In this document: positions 37,592-52,840 of the stretch, one piece after another
Numbering within the stretch: position 1 is the first letter of the stretch
Layout: each line of letters starts with the position of its first letter
NCBI GenBank assembly: GCA_964016885.1
Contig: OZ024745.1
Span: 69,688,001 to 69,752,000 of the forward strand
Reading direction: 5' to 3'
DNA: 64,000 nt
Origin: Eledone cirrhosa
Taxonomy: Eukaryota
Notes under the pieces: model-generated
Seen by the model: the letters and a program-made list of their open reading frames with translations, nothing else
The model's database searches: none
Told to the model about the DNA's origin: nothing
Position numbers and translations under genes: made by a program

Positions 37592-40147
37592 AGTGTATTC
37601 TTTATACTACCATACTAGTGTTTCCTCTATGGAAATATATTATTTTAATCTATTTTTATCGAAAACTTGAAATCTAGCAGCATTTAAATATTTTCTTACG
37701 TTGGCCCCAGATCAAGAATAGTGGTCGATACTCTAAAACAACACTATTTTTTAAATCAAATTAATATCAAATTCTGGCATAAACACACCACCTCGTATTC
37801 TGGGAAGGATGGAAGAAAATAAAAAGAAAAAAGTCAGACATTACATTAAAGCAAAGAAACCGTTGCCATTAGTCTTCCAGTTCGCAGCTCCTGGAATGAG
37901 AAGGCAGGAGTTTAACTTAGAAGGCACAGAGCCAGAACAGCTTTCGCAAAACAAGTCACACGACGCATTTAACTATCCCTGATACCGTCTGCAATCAACA
38001 GTCGTTTTATTTATCAACCCAGAAGGGATTAGAGGCAAAGATAACAAATGCGGGATGTGAACTAAGTGCTCAAGGTCTGAAACAAATACTGAGGTATTTA
38101 ATCCGATTATCTAAAAGCCCCGCTAATTCCCAGGAGGAGACAATCGATTATACTAACAGCAAAACCTGAAATGTGTTGTTCTTTTTTTTTGTTTTTTCGT
38201 TGAAAGATTAAAGGCCCAGTTGCTCACAACAGAATCGGAGCCCTGGACCTAACGTAATACAGTGAAATACTACAATATAGTTTGTCCATAACTCTATATA
38301 TTCCAAAACTTCAATCTAAAGTTCTTAAAATCAAAACATTAATAAGAAATTAGGTTTTATTGGATCCAATATAATTAGATTTTCTTCTATTTCATCTTTG
38401 TCTTTCGGATGCTGCATGTGTGTGCAATACTCAACCACATACGATGAATTATTGTATGTGGTTGAGTATTGCACACACATTCATGGGCATCTAACAGAAT
38501 CTGCGGACCAACTCAGTGTGATACAAAATGTGGCGGGGCTACACAATTGAATTAGAGGTACACTGCATCCCACGGGGTCACACACAGTTTTCATCTACAC
38601 ATGTTAATTCACGAGGTCGAACTGATTCTACACAGCTGGATTGAATACATATCAACCTTATCTCTTATAGAGCGTATCAAACCTTTAGTTAAGCATGCGT
38701 CTATCAATTAGAAAAGAAATGTTTTATATATCTCTATAGTTAAGAGAACATATTTAAGAACATCATCCAACAACAAGCTAAGTTTGTATTAATTAATTCT
38801 TCTCTCATATGACTCAGTATTATGCAAAAATTATGCCAATAAAATTATATGCAAAGTATATAGAATATCAGAACGGAGAAATATATACTTTTCTTGTACT
38901 CAAACTTGCTGAAATATATATCCAAACGGAGAATAAAATTTACATAGACAGAAGAACGCATACATATAAACAACGGGTTTCATTCTTTTAGAAAATAACT
39001 AAACAATTTTTAATGCTAGTTGTGTTTCTCTGATCTGAAAATATGTGATAGAAAATGTATAATAGGAGCAAATCTCATGAGGATAATAAATAAAATAATA
39101 AAATAACCATTCGAATGACATTTTGCGACTAAAGCTGGGTGGAGTATTAAGCGAGACAAAAGGGAAAATTAAATATTTACATATGAATTCTTCGCTAGTA
39201 GAATAAGACTATGTTCTTGATATTGATTATTTTATATGACTAGTAAATAATATAGTATCTAAAATATATATTAATCTAATATCTTCTACGGTGTCATCGT
39301 TTCAGACAAATGAGAGGGGTGGGAAGACTATTGGTTTGTAATAACGTTTTCAGAGATCGTTCTAAATGCAAAGAAATGTCTGTACGTAAAAATGTGTTTA
39401 TTGCAGATAACTAAAGTAAATACCGATCAAAGAATAGTATCAATCTCTCCCACCCGCTCTCACCTCTCTTTCTCTCCATCACTCCTTTATTTCAAAGTGG
39501 GCGACTAACTACATGCGTATTTTCCTCCGAAAATATTTTCCCGTTTTCTTACATTTCTTAATCTTGCCTGTTTTCTCCATCTTCTTCCGATTCAACTTTA
39601 AGATCTGATAAGTTACGATTCTTTAACTACAATATGAAGCATTAAACAAACATCATCATCATTGTACTGTGGTTGTTCTGGTGAGATGTACTTGTTTACA
39701 GACATACACACTCACACATACACCTCACCCCACACATATGTATATATATATATATGGGAATTCAGGATCAATAAGAGGTGGCCTTTGTATAAACAACAAC
39801 TAAAGACATTATAACTAACGAAAATCTGTTTGCTTTCTGAAAGCGGTCACATTGTAAAGGAACGATAGCTAGTTCCTCGAATAATTAAGCTGAATTGACA
39901 CTAGGGACTTCCATGGGGGAATATTTTCACCTTTTCCACGTCTCTACAGGAAATATTCTTTTATTACTTACAGTTTATTAGCATTATGTTGGCATTCAAA
40001 TGGCCAACGGATCTTCAAGTTTTCCTAATAACTTCGTAAATAAATCATTATAAATATTTATATAAGCTAATTATCGTGTAAAACGAAATCAAATGACGCG
40101 CTAGAAATAGTATATTCGTTTTGAAATTGCACCATACCAAGTTAAAG

Positions 40148-40443
40148 GGCGCGGCCGGGTGGTTAAAGTGTTTTATTCATGGTCATAAGATCCTAGTTTC
40201 GATTGCAGAATTATGTGGCACGCTGGGGTTTTGAGCAAGTCACTTCATTTCACGTTCCCCAACCCATTCAGCTTGAGAGATATGACTATCATCATCAGCT
40301 ATGTCATTTATACCCAAGGAAACCAAACAATTTTCCAGCCAATGGAACGCCTGGCCTCGGAAAACACTTTAAAATTGTATAGGCATAGGAATGGATTTTG
40401 TCATACATCTGCTCGTGCAAGCCTGGCCAGAGGCTAAACAACA
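40148..40443 (+). mobile_element. Diverged tRNA-derived SINE (family 2-related)
   Basis: A-box-like GGCCGGGTGGTTAA, B-box-like GTTTCGATT, body TTGAGCAAGTCACTTCATTTCACGTT. Confidence 0.6.
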
Positions 40444-40954
40444 AGTAAATATGTTTATATTAGAATATTTCACAGAATAAAAGAGAAATGAATGCATTAA
40501 GTGAAATTTATTTGAAAAATCGCAAGATGTCGTCAACCGAGTGTAAATATATAATCGCAGCACCTGAATATGAAAGAAACTACATTTCATGTAATTGGTA
40601 AATTACTGTGAAAACACTTCATTGGATCGTTTTCTCATTGCTGTAGGATATAACAACCCTCTTTAAGTACTTCGACTTGTTTACTCCAATCCTTCTTATA
40701 TCCGCTGTAATAATATGACCATATATTATTTAAGTTACATTGTTCAATGTTATTTCTTGGAATATAATATTATCTGCGAAGTATCTATGTCTGAGACAAC
40801 ACAAAGCACATGATAATTGTGAGCAATCCTTCAATCCTTCTACAAGTGTATACTTATTGACGCATATATATCGACTATGGCATTATAGACATTACACATC
40901 TTGTCGGTTCTGACTACACATTAGTGAAATCATGCTACACTGCACGCTTTATAG

Positions 40955-41492
<538 letters not shown>

Positions 41493-41721
41493 CGTTTCTG
41501 AATTTGTTTAGCAAGATTCTTTATCTGAAATCGTGTGTTGAAACCGATATTGTTATACTTTGGGAGGGTCATGTTGCCAATAAGAAACACACGCACCAGT
41601 TGTTTTCACTTCAATTTATTATATATTTATAAATTCATAAATTTACAAATCTACAAACTTATAAATTATAAATTTCTGGTTGGTTGGTTGGTTCCACAAC
41701 CAGATAGTTGTTTATATATAT

Positions 41722-41766
41722 AGTCATAGTCCTTTCGTCACACACTCTGTGACCTCTTCAGTGACT
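41722..41766 (-). ncRNA. Minimal type I hammerhead in PLE-B 3' UTR
   Basis: Reverse complement of 43327-43371. Confidence 0.8.
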
Positions 41767-43326
41767 GGGGTTTCCTTTCTTCGTTTCTGTGCCTTTTCTT
41801 TCTTCTATCCTACGCCATTTTGTTTCTGTGTGTGTGTTGTGTGCTCAGTTTGCGCATGTGTCACATCCGGGTGTCTGTGTGTGTTTGTGTTCATTTTTCT
41901 ATTTGTTTATTTATTTATTGTTGGTTGGTTGTTTGTTTGTTCTATGTGTGTGTGTGTTTTCATTTTGTCCTGTGTGTGTTTTCATTTTGTGTGTGTTTTC
42001 AATTGTAAGTTGTTTGTTCTATGTGTGTGTGTGTTTTCATTTTGTCCTTAATTGTAAGTTGTGATGTTGCTGTTCCACTCATATTTTCTATTTAATTTTG
42101 GTTTTAATTCTTTTATGCTTACTGCCTCTGTAATTTGCCTAAACATTGCGTCTTTTCTGTGCGTGGATTCTATTTTTATTTCTATGCTCTCTAATCTACC
42201 CCTGTGTTCTATCTTAGCATGTTGGTAGAGCACAGATGATTCTTTATTATCTTGGAGGTCTCGCCAGTGTTCATTTATTCGTTCCCCTATACTACGAGCT
42301 GTCTCACCTATGTACACTATATTTTTGTTTCTACATTGTCCTTCAGTACATCTTATGCTATACACTACATTTCTAGTTTTACAGTTAATATGGGGGCTTA
42401 TTTTATAGGTTAAACATTTCTTATCTATACATGAGGGTCTTTGGAACGGGTATGTCTTGCTAATAAGTGTTTTTACGGAGGTACCAGGTCTTTCTACTAT
42501 CTTAATATTGAGATTATGTTTATTTAGGGCCTTTCTAATTTGTAGGCTAGTTCGCCTCTAGGGGTTGTATTGATGAACATTACACTCTGGTTCATCAATA
42601 CAACCCCTAGAGGCGAACTAGCCTACAAATTTAGAAAGGCCCTAAATAAACATAATCTCAATATTAAGATAGTAGAAAGACCTGGTAACCTCTGTAAAAA
42701 CACTTATTAGCAAGACATACCCGTTCCAAAGACCCTCATGTATAGATAAGAAATGTATAACCTGTAAAATAAGCCCCTATATTAACTGTAAAACTAGAAA
42801 TGTAGTGTATAGCATAAGATGTACTGAAGGACAATGTAGAAACAAAAATATAGTGTACATAGGTGAGACAGCTCGTAGTATAGGGGAACGAATAAATGAA
42901 CACTGGCGAGACCTCCAAGATAATAAAGAATCATCTGTGCTCTACCAACATGCTAAGATAGAACACAGGGGTAGATTAGAGAGCATAGAAATAAAAATAG
43001 AATCCACGCACAGAAAAGACGCAATGTTTAGGCAAATTACAGAGGCAGTAAGCATAAAAGAATTAAAACCAAAATTAAATAGAAAATATGAGTGGAACAG
43101 CAACATCACAACTTACAATTAAGGACAAAATGAAAACACACACACACATAGAACAAACAAACAACCAACCAACAATAAATAAATAAACAAATAGTAAAAT
43201 GAACACAAACACACACAGACACCCGGATGTGACACATGCGCAAACTGAGCACACAACACACACACAGAAACAAAATGGCGTAGGATAGAAGAAAGAAAAG
43301 GCACAGAAACGAAGAAAGGAATCCCC

Positions 43327-43371
43327 AGTCACTGAAGAGGTCACAGAGTGTGTGACGAAAGGACTATGACT
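43327..43371 (+). ncRNA. Minimal type I hammerhead in PLE-B 3' UTR
   Basis: AGTCA-CTGAAGA-G-GTCACA gagtg TGTGAC-GAA-AGGACT-A-TGACT; CUA triplet. Confidence 0.8.
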
Positions 43372-43538
43372 ATATATATAAACAACTATCTGGTTGTGGA
43401 ACCAACCAACCAACCAGAAATTTATAATTTATAAGTTTGTAGATTTGTAAATTTATGAATTTATAAATATATAATAAATTGAAGTGAAAGCAACTGGTGC
43501 GTGTGTTTCTTATTGGCAACATGACCCTCCCAAAGTAT

Positions 43539-43648
<110 letters not shown>

Positions 43649-43698
43649 TCTACAGGACTAGAACTGTTTCATTCGTGAGACCCGGAATAACCTACCCA

Positions 43699-43743
<45 letters not shown>

Positions 43744-43809
43744 TATATGTATATATGTATATTTATATATACATATATATATATATTTATATATATATAT
43801 ATTTATATT

Positions 43810-43844
<35 letters not shown>

Positions 43845-43847
43845 ATT

Positions 43848-43964
<117 letters not shown>

Positions 43965-44101
43965 TAACCTAATAAATCCCCTGGGATTTAAAAAATATTT
44001 ACATGTATTTCTGTTACTTATCAATCTCATCTACTGAAATCGAAACTCAGAATATCAGTCTATCCAAAATCTATCTATGACGCACGTACAAACACACACA
44101 C

Positions 44102-44165
<64 letters not shown>

Positions 44166-44869
44166 ATATGTAACAGAAATACATGTAAATATTTTTAAAA
44201 TCCCATGGGATTTATTAGGTTATGAAAACATATATATAAATGAGATCCAAAATATTCAAGATGGGATATTATATTAAGAGGAGGTTGTAGATATAATTTT
44301 AATGCCGATTCATGTTGTATCAATTCGGCTGCTGAACTACACCGAAATGCCGTCTTTTCGACCTTAAATGAATAAAATATTGATGAATTGAAAAGATCAT
44401 GTAAGGAAATAAGAGGTTTAGAGATTGAATTATATGATTTGGGTATTAGGATTTACAGATAGGGTGGTGGATAACTAGTCATTAGAGCATCGGATTAAAT
44501 GACATGGCGCCGTGGATTGGTAGAATTATTACATTTACGGTATCTGATGCGACTTTTTTCCTTCTGAGTACACATTCCACTTCCTTCTTCCTGCAGCTTC
44601 GGGTGGCAGATGCAATCAGTAATATAAAGACCAATGGAAGCATAGTTTACTGTTTTTTTGACACAGTTGAAGCATAATATTATATTTAGATGAAAGTAAT
44701 TATTACAGCGGCTGCCGGCGTAGAGGACCGGATTAAATATCTGTGGTAATTTCTCGGACTATGTTCACACTGATTTCCAATTCCACCAGAGCCAACTTTA
44801 CATTCGTTCTTTCGGAGGACTTCTAACTACGAAGTCTCTGGCAAAACATTTTATTTGCTGATCTGAAAT

Positions 44870-45345
44870 TAGATTCCATCGTAACGCCAAAGTCCCCATG
44901 TCTTAACTTTGGACGCCGTAACTATCTCTATTGTGATTTTTAGCGCTTTTTTGCAAGTGCAAGAAAGAGTACTTGATTCCCAGTCAATATTTGTAGTCCT
45001 CCTTCATTGCTCGGGTGACATGTTTGATCTGACGATTGAACCAAGGGGTCCTCTTCCCAGCCGGCGCACCATCAAGCCCCTTTCTCCCACAGTATTTAAG
45101 AGCTGAAGCAGAAGCTGCCGTTTTAAACAGACTCCAGTTTGCTTAGGGGGTTTTCTGAATCTGGCTGCAATTGTATCCGCATACCTGCTACTAACTTCCT
45201 TATTCGCCAAAGCTTCCGCCTTTATCATGTAGGTAGACCTGGGTCTGCACGTTTTGTGTCCTTCATTGGCTTCAGGTTGTCTCAGGTTACTATTAACTAC
45301 ATGATGATTAGATGACAGCTCTCTTAGCACGAACATCCAGCACAG
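44870..45345 (-). mobile_element. RTE-like LINE internal fragment (end of APE domain and linker)
   Basis: ORF 45004-45336: VLRELSSNHHVV (cf. ELSTDHHLVV)..IKAEALANKEVSSRY. Confidence 0.5.
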
Positions 45346-47003
45346 AATTGATATGGATATGTCAATTTAAAAAAACAACACTTCCTAGCCCTAACATAGC
45401 AATACCAGTATACGAAAAAAAGGAAATATTTCTAGAAAACCTTCAGTTCTAAAGTATGTGTGATACAACTCCTGTTTCACATTAATGTTTCAAACCTTTT
45501 AATGAGCAATGATATCCTAAACTCCTCCATAAATATTTAATGACAATATCCAACTATATTTAAACTTTTACAATTTTTGTTTGTCTTTATTTAATTTATA
45601 ATCACAATGACATAGAATATTTATATAATGTATTTTACGCTGTACGTCTATCTGTCATTAAAAACAAAGTTCCAGGTGAAAGTAGAATCTAATTCTATTG
45701 ATGCTTTCCTTTGTTGAAAGCCATTTTCGAAAATGAAATGCATTAAAATGTATTCACTGTGTTAGTTTTGAAAGCTTAAGCGAATTGTTAAAGGGAATTG
45801 AAATGATAGAATAAAGTTAGGGAGGTTATTAATTTAAAAAAAAATGAAAAGAAATGTTTCCGTATTTTACGTGCGTAATTTTTAGAAACATCATTATTCA
45901 GTATTCGTATTCCTGCTTAGATCGAGAAACCAGTACAGTATTGAATATTTATTGTCAACGTAAAGTAGGTTATTATGCTAGAATCAAATATGATTGAGAT
46001 CTGACAAGCCCGACTGTTTCCGAATTGTTTTTGCTCAATGGGTTTTCATTTAAAAAAAAGTTGCAAGAATAAGTAATGGATAATTAGAGAAAAAAGATAT
46101 ACATTAGAGGAAAATATATGAATAGCAGAACATTAAAAAAAGACGAAAAATTAAAACAATATGTGTTTACTTTCACCAGAAATATTACTCATGTATCACT
46201 GGACATATATGTTTTAATAAAGCTTGCAGGATTGGGTAAATATATTATTCGCTTCACTTATTTAACTGCAACATATGTTGAATCTGATATGTATGTTTAT
46301 TTAAAAGAAATATACATTAAATGATTAATTACTTAATATCTTTACTTCTTAATCAATAATATAGAAAGAATTTGCTGATTCAACGTATTTGTATATTTTA
46401 AGCAAAGTGGAGAAACAAGTAGATAAACAAAATTCAGGAGACAGGGAAAATGTTGCTATTACTTATCATTAGATTGTTATTCTATCTCATTACATCATCT
46501 CGGGTCTGCCAACACTTAAACGAAAATTTACTGTGTTCTGTATTTAATATATTGATGTTATCAAAATATTATGTTTTCTCAGAAAATTGCAGCGCGGAAT
46601 TATATTCAATTGAACATACTCTAAAGAATCTTTGATTTTCATTTTAGCAGCTGTCGTGGAATGGAAGAGCAAATTCATATAAATCTGATTTAATTTTCAA
46701 AGTGCGAAGGGACACAACTGATAAGAAATGTAGTTCAGCATTATGAAGTTAATTAAATGTACCTCACAAGCTGATACGGCCGGTACTTAATTTTTTTATG
46801 TATACACCTGAACCTTCATATTTGTTGGATATTGAAAATTAACTAATCTGAAGTTCCTCTGTTAGTCGAGAAAAGATTAACGTTTAGAATTGCTTATTCT
46901 CCGAACTGTGTGGTTATGTTATGGTATAGAATTTTACAGATAAGCACGCATTTGACCGTGCTCTATTGATTTAGAGCGCATGTTCACGATATTCCAAATA
47001 ATT

Positions 47004-47188
47004 GTTTCTACTTTTTGGCACAAGGCCAGCAATACCCAGTGCATTACTGGTACTTTATTTTACCGAGACCGTGAGGATGAAAGGCAAATTTAACCTCGGC
47101 GGGATTTGAACTCAGAATGGCAAGGACCGTAACTCTATGTATCAAAGCATGGTGTCCGACCCTCTACCGATACTGCCAATCCACCGCC
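47004..47188 (-). mobile_element. SINE family 1, full-length
   Basis: High identity to the other copies. Confidence 0.9.
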
Positions 47189-48057
47189 ATAATGAGAACA
47201 TTTCTTGTAATACTCTCCACCAACGTCTAGATATCCGGCAATAGAAAGTTAGAATTATATCAACTTGTGAAACTAAAAGATATATGATGGCAATATCTGA
47301 TAATAACCGATTTTAAATATATTCTCCATGAATACCACTGAATTTCTCTCAATATCATCGAGGAGTGTTGTTTTTTCTAAATATCGCTAATTCAAGAGTC
47401 AGGATCAGTTAAGTGATTTTCTTATTGCTATCTGACTGATGTAGCAGGAATTAACTGGGCGTCTTAGTTTGTGAGAAGAATTGTGAGAAGAATTGTGAGA
47501 AGAAGGGAAATGTAGCTAACTTTAACGTTGTTGCTATTATGGAACCTCTGGTATTCATACGCGGTTGTGAGAGGAATTCTGAAGACAGAGTGGAAGTTCC
47601 TAGCTATGTTACTAATCAAATTCATACTGTACAGTTGAAGAATCAAATTATGTTTCATAGCAATTTATATATTACCATTAACACACTTCTGAAAGTGGTT
47701 GACTGAAGTTAGGTCCCCAACTATTTTGTGGTATGTGAAACGTACAGAGGTAAGTTTCAAGGTTAGTCTGAAAATGTTAATCACTTTATAGTTATGCTAG
47801 AAACATATATAAACCCAAAGTTTTCAAGAATAAACTTTGTGGTCTTTTTCTAGGTTCTATTTGTCCATTAAGGATCTGGGCCTTTAACCATCATTTCTAT
47901 ATGTTTCCCAGATTTTGAGGATTGGTTGGATGTTTTTTAATCGAAGAACATAGTCCAATCAGTGCAGTATGGTTTACATCCTTAATTGTTAGGGAGTAAC
48001 TTCAAATATCCATCTGTAATTTGACATATGAAATATATATTTGACATATGAAACAAA

Positions 48058-48088
<31 letters not shown>

Positions 48089-48252
48089 CAGAGAGAGAGA
48101 GAGAGAGAGAAACTGCTGTGCTGAGACCATGGAGACAACTAATCATGAGAGTTAAGAATGCATGTGGAAATGCAGAGTGGGTATAGAGATAGGTAATATA
48201 CCGAACGAGGCGCAAAGCGGAATCCACTTGGTGCCGCGGTAAGGATTTTACT

Positions 48253-48305
<53 letters not shown>

Positions 48306-48916
48306 TTGTTTCTACTTTTGGCACAAAATGCATTACTAGTACTTTCACTATTTTCAATATTTGGACTACGGTCAGTTGGGGTAGAGCTATGAATTAGTTT
48401 GATGGTAAGGATTCGAACCTCTGCCTTTTTATTAAAAAATATCTTATTTTCAAGATATCAATGCTCCTATGTACTTCGAAGTTTAGCGGGTGGCATAATA
48501 TCATTTTCTTTTGAGATTGAGAAAACCCGAGAGAAGGACGATGCCGATCGACGTTTCCTAACTTCTATTCAGTGATACGATCTCACGTGGGACACAAACC
48601 TAAGACTTGTACAGCTTTTAAAAATTAAAATGAAGAGTATTTTCGATCGCCTATATTTTTAATCGCACTGTTTAAAACTGCGCACGATATGGATCAACTA
48701 TATAATCGAATCCTATCGAATAGTTTAGATCTTTTATCTGTATTTATTTTTCCAAGCATAACTTTTATACATTCTCTGGCTGACTGTCGTGCTGTCTTTC
48801 TGTCTGTGTCTTTCTTTCTGTTTCTGTAACACTGAAAATTTTACTAACAAATCTTCATGTTCATCATGAATGCTGTGTTGTTGGCCTGAGAAGGAGAGAG
48901 TGAGAGAATGAACGAT

Positions 48917-49022
<106 letters not shown>

Positions 49023-49708
49023 AAAAAAAAAGAGCGAGACAGAGAAAAATAGACATATATAATAATTGTTTCGATGATGCATAATATGGCTTTCATGATC
49101 AGAAGAATAAAGAAAGTGAAAGGTAGGATGATCAAAGAAGACTAATGGAGGAAGTTACACATAGAATTTGACGTCACAAATAAAATAACAGATAATACAG
49201 AGATAGAGAAAGACAAACGCACATGGGAAAACAAAGAGAGAGAGAGAGAGTGAGAGTGAGAGACAGAGTGAGAGAGAGAGGGTGAGAGAGAGAAATGCAG
49301 AGAAATTGACGTAGAAAGGCTAAATGTTAAAACAGACAACGTTAAAGTAATAGCCATTGGATTTTTTTTTAGATATATATCGTTAGGATAGAGACCTATA
49401 TTATAGAGAACTTGCCCTTTCTCCCACTTTAATCCATCCATTGTCTGAGCTTTAATTTCCATAGATATTTATTCCATTCTTTTGCATCAGACATGCATAT
49501 GAATAATAACGTTTAATACATGCGAATCGCCGTCCATTATGACAGTGATGGCACCCTACTAACTAATGAAAACAATATATATCACAATCACAAATATCAC
49601 ATAATTGATACAACGCATTTAATGTTGTACTGGCGCATGTATAGTAGTTAGGTTGTTGGAAACTCGTTTTGGGTTCTTGAGCGATGCATTTTATTTTACG
49701 TTATTTTA

Positions 49709-49882
49709 TGGCAGTATCGGTAGAGGGTCGGACGCCATGCTTTCCAGCATAGTTACGTCCCTTTACGATCTGAGTTCAAATCCCGCCGAGGTTGACTTTG
49801 CCTTTCATCCTTACGGGGTCGATAAAATAAAGTACCAGTAATGCACTGGGTAATTGCTGGCCTTGTGCCTAAAGTAGAAACA
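49709..49882 (+). mobile_element. SINE family 1, 9-bp TSD
   Basis: GTTATTTTA at 49700-49708 and 49883-49891. Confidence 0.92.
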
Positions 49883-50285
49883 GTTATTTTAAATGAAAAA
49901 GACTGATATCATTAAAACACAAGTTCAACATCCTATAAGATGCAACCCACTAAGAATCTAAGTAAACGTGCATTACTTTGAGGTGTACGATATCAACATG
50001 ATATGACCGGGAGACATTTCAATAAAAAAAAAAACATCTGTGACACCTCCCGTTAGATGCAGGCCCGTATAATATCAGGTATGAGCTGTAGATTTCAAGA
50101 AAATGATATATGTCCATTATAAAACTATTTGTGTAACTGACCTAATTCAATATATATTGTGTAATTTTAAAACATACAAAAGTCGACAAACTCTGTTTAA
50201 TAGATAGGTACAGAAAGCAATTTAGCCGGTATTGTTCGCACTCTCTTACTTACTTATGATGCTCCGTTGAAACAGTAAAACAAAA

Positions 50286-50383
<98 letters not shown>

Positions 50384-50456
50384 CCATCATTATATATATG
50401 TATATACATATATATATATATATGTGTCCATCATTATATATATATATACATATATT

Positions 50457-50639
50457 GGCGGTGAATTGGCAGTATCGGTAGAGGGTTGGACGCCATGCTT
50501 TCTACCATAGTTACGTCCCTTTACGGTCTGAGTTCAAATTTCGCCGAGGTTAACTTTGCCTTTCATCCTTACGGGGTCGATAAAATAAAGTACCAGTAAT
50601 GTACTGGGTAATTGCTGGCCTTGTGCCAAAAGTAGAAAC

Positions 50640-50640
<1 letters not shown>
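50457..50640 (+). mobile_element. SINE family 1, inside a TA/CA microsatellite
   Basis: High identity to the other copies. Confidence 0.92.
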
Positions 50641-50686
<46 letters not shown>

Positions 50687-50703
50687 CATATATATAATGA
50701 TGG

Positions 50704-50738
<35 letters not shown>

Positions 50739-51369
50739 CATATATACACATATTTAATGACGGACAAGTGGAAGGCTATATTGTAATTTTAGCTGTCTAG
50801 ACACCAAACTGAAGAATTTACTTTGCTAATAGCATTTTAGTAATATGTGAATGTATGTATGTATGTATGTAACTATGCATGTATCTATATATATGTATGT
50901 ATATATGTATATATGTATGTAAGCACGTATTCGTATATATATATATATTCATGTATGCTTAAGTGTATATATATATATATATCATAAAGTGAAATGACAG
51001 GAGGCCAAATATATATATTATATCTACGTATATGGACATTATATGGCATATATATATATAGGTGTGTATGTATGTATATGTTGATGTATTTTAGAGGATG
51101 TATTTGCAGTAACAATGAAAGTTTGCCAACTGTGAAGCATAATTCTACGGGTGACGAGTATCACACAGTAATTCTATTGTCTCTATCGGCTTTTAGATAA
51201 GAAATAGCTAACAGCTTTTCACTAAATAATAGTATGTAAAATACGCAAGTGCACGCACAGCGACACACCTATAGTGATATATATTACACAAGTATATATG
51301 TAGAGAGACAGAGATGTATGAGTATATTTATACACACACACACACGCACACACACACGCACGCGCACAC

Positions 51370-51489
<120 letters not shown>

Positions 51490-51615
51490 TGTATTTTGTC
51501 TGGTACGTACGTTATTGATCCTTTTCTTTGAGTCGATGAGATACGGGTGATAAACACAGACAGAGGCACAATTGTGAACAGGCACGTAACACAGGAATAT
51601 ATATGTATTTATATA

Positions 51616-51662
<47 letters not shown>

Positions 51663-51982
51663 AGGGAGAGATAGAGAATGAGAGAGAGGGGGATAAAGAG
51701 AGAGAGAGAATGGAAGGTATATATTTGATCTCAACGTCAAGCACTTTCGTCTTGTGTTCAGTGGTCTGTTTTATCCTTTCCACTATACCCACTGTGTATT
51801 GTGTACTCCCTTGATTGGTAGTCTCCCCATCTCAGCACCTCAGACTCTCTCTCTCTTTCTTTCTCTGTATATACATATGGTTATATATGTACTATAGAAA
51901 GAGTCCTGGCATAATGAATGAGCTCTTGCCGTTCAAAGAACTAGTCTAAGATTGCATTTTCCACTAAGAAGACATTGGTTAA

Positions 51983-52190
51983 CACGTGGTTAGAGAGGGG
52001 TTAGAGAATTGGATTCGCAATCATGAGGTGGTGAGTTCAATTCACGGACCAGGTTCAGCGTTATATCTTTGAGCAAAACACGTTGCTTCTTCTATTTGTC
52101 GTTGCGCCCGATAGATAATATAAGCATTTGGAAAAACCACTGGGAACGTTGTTTCCTCGGTCCGATTTGATGAATGTCGATCGAATGTCT
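51983..52190 (+). mobile_element. tRNA-derived SINE family 2
   Basis: tRNA-like head (GAGTTCAATTC), TTGAGCAA body, tail CCTCGGTCCGATTTGA.GAA.GTCGATCGA shared with 60482-60692. Confidence 0.7.
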
Positions 52191-52213
52191 ATATATATAT
52201 ATATATATATAAA

Positions 52214-52264
<51 letters not shown>

Positions 52265-52656
52265 CTATATCTATATATATATATATATACAGAATGGAAG
52301 TACCCGTGGTGACTGAATATATATTGCCACATATTAATATATATACATGTAAACGTGCCTAGTATAAGGATTTCTTTGAAAATTTAAAATAATGAAAGCT
52401 TGAAAACAGGTTAACGCCGTTTATCATCCCTCATAATAAGTATTAGATATATTGATTCATGTTATTTTACACCTTGTATATTTATATACATAACAATATT
52501 TAATATTCAGCCTAGGAGGTGATTCTTTCTTTCCACTTCAATTTCAGTTAAAGCTGAATATTTCTGCATCTTCCATCGACGAGATTTATACATACCCACA
52601 TTATATTCTCATCTAGCATTACACTCGTCTCTGTGTGCTACCCATCACAGATAACT

Positions 52657-52840
52657 GTTTCTACGTTAGGCACAAGGCCAGCAATCCCCCAGTACATTAC
52701 TGGTACTTTATTTTATCGACCCCGTAAGGATGAAAGGCAAAGTTAACCTCGGCAGGATTTGAACTCAGATCTTAAATGGACGTAACTCTATGCTTCAAAG
52801 CATGGTGTCCGACTCTCTACCGATACTGCCAATCCACCGC
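52657..52840 (-). mobile_element. SINE family 1, 14-bp TSD
   Basis: CCATCACAGATAAC at 52642-52655 and 52841-52854. Confidence 0.95.

Noticed and set aside
47470-47505. Three copies of the 12-mer TTGTGAGAAGAA
   Set aside because: A simple slippage repeat with no further structure.
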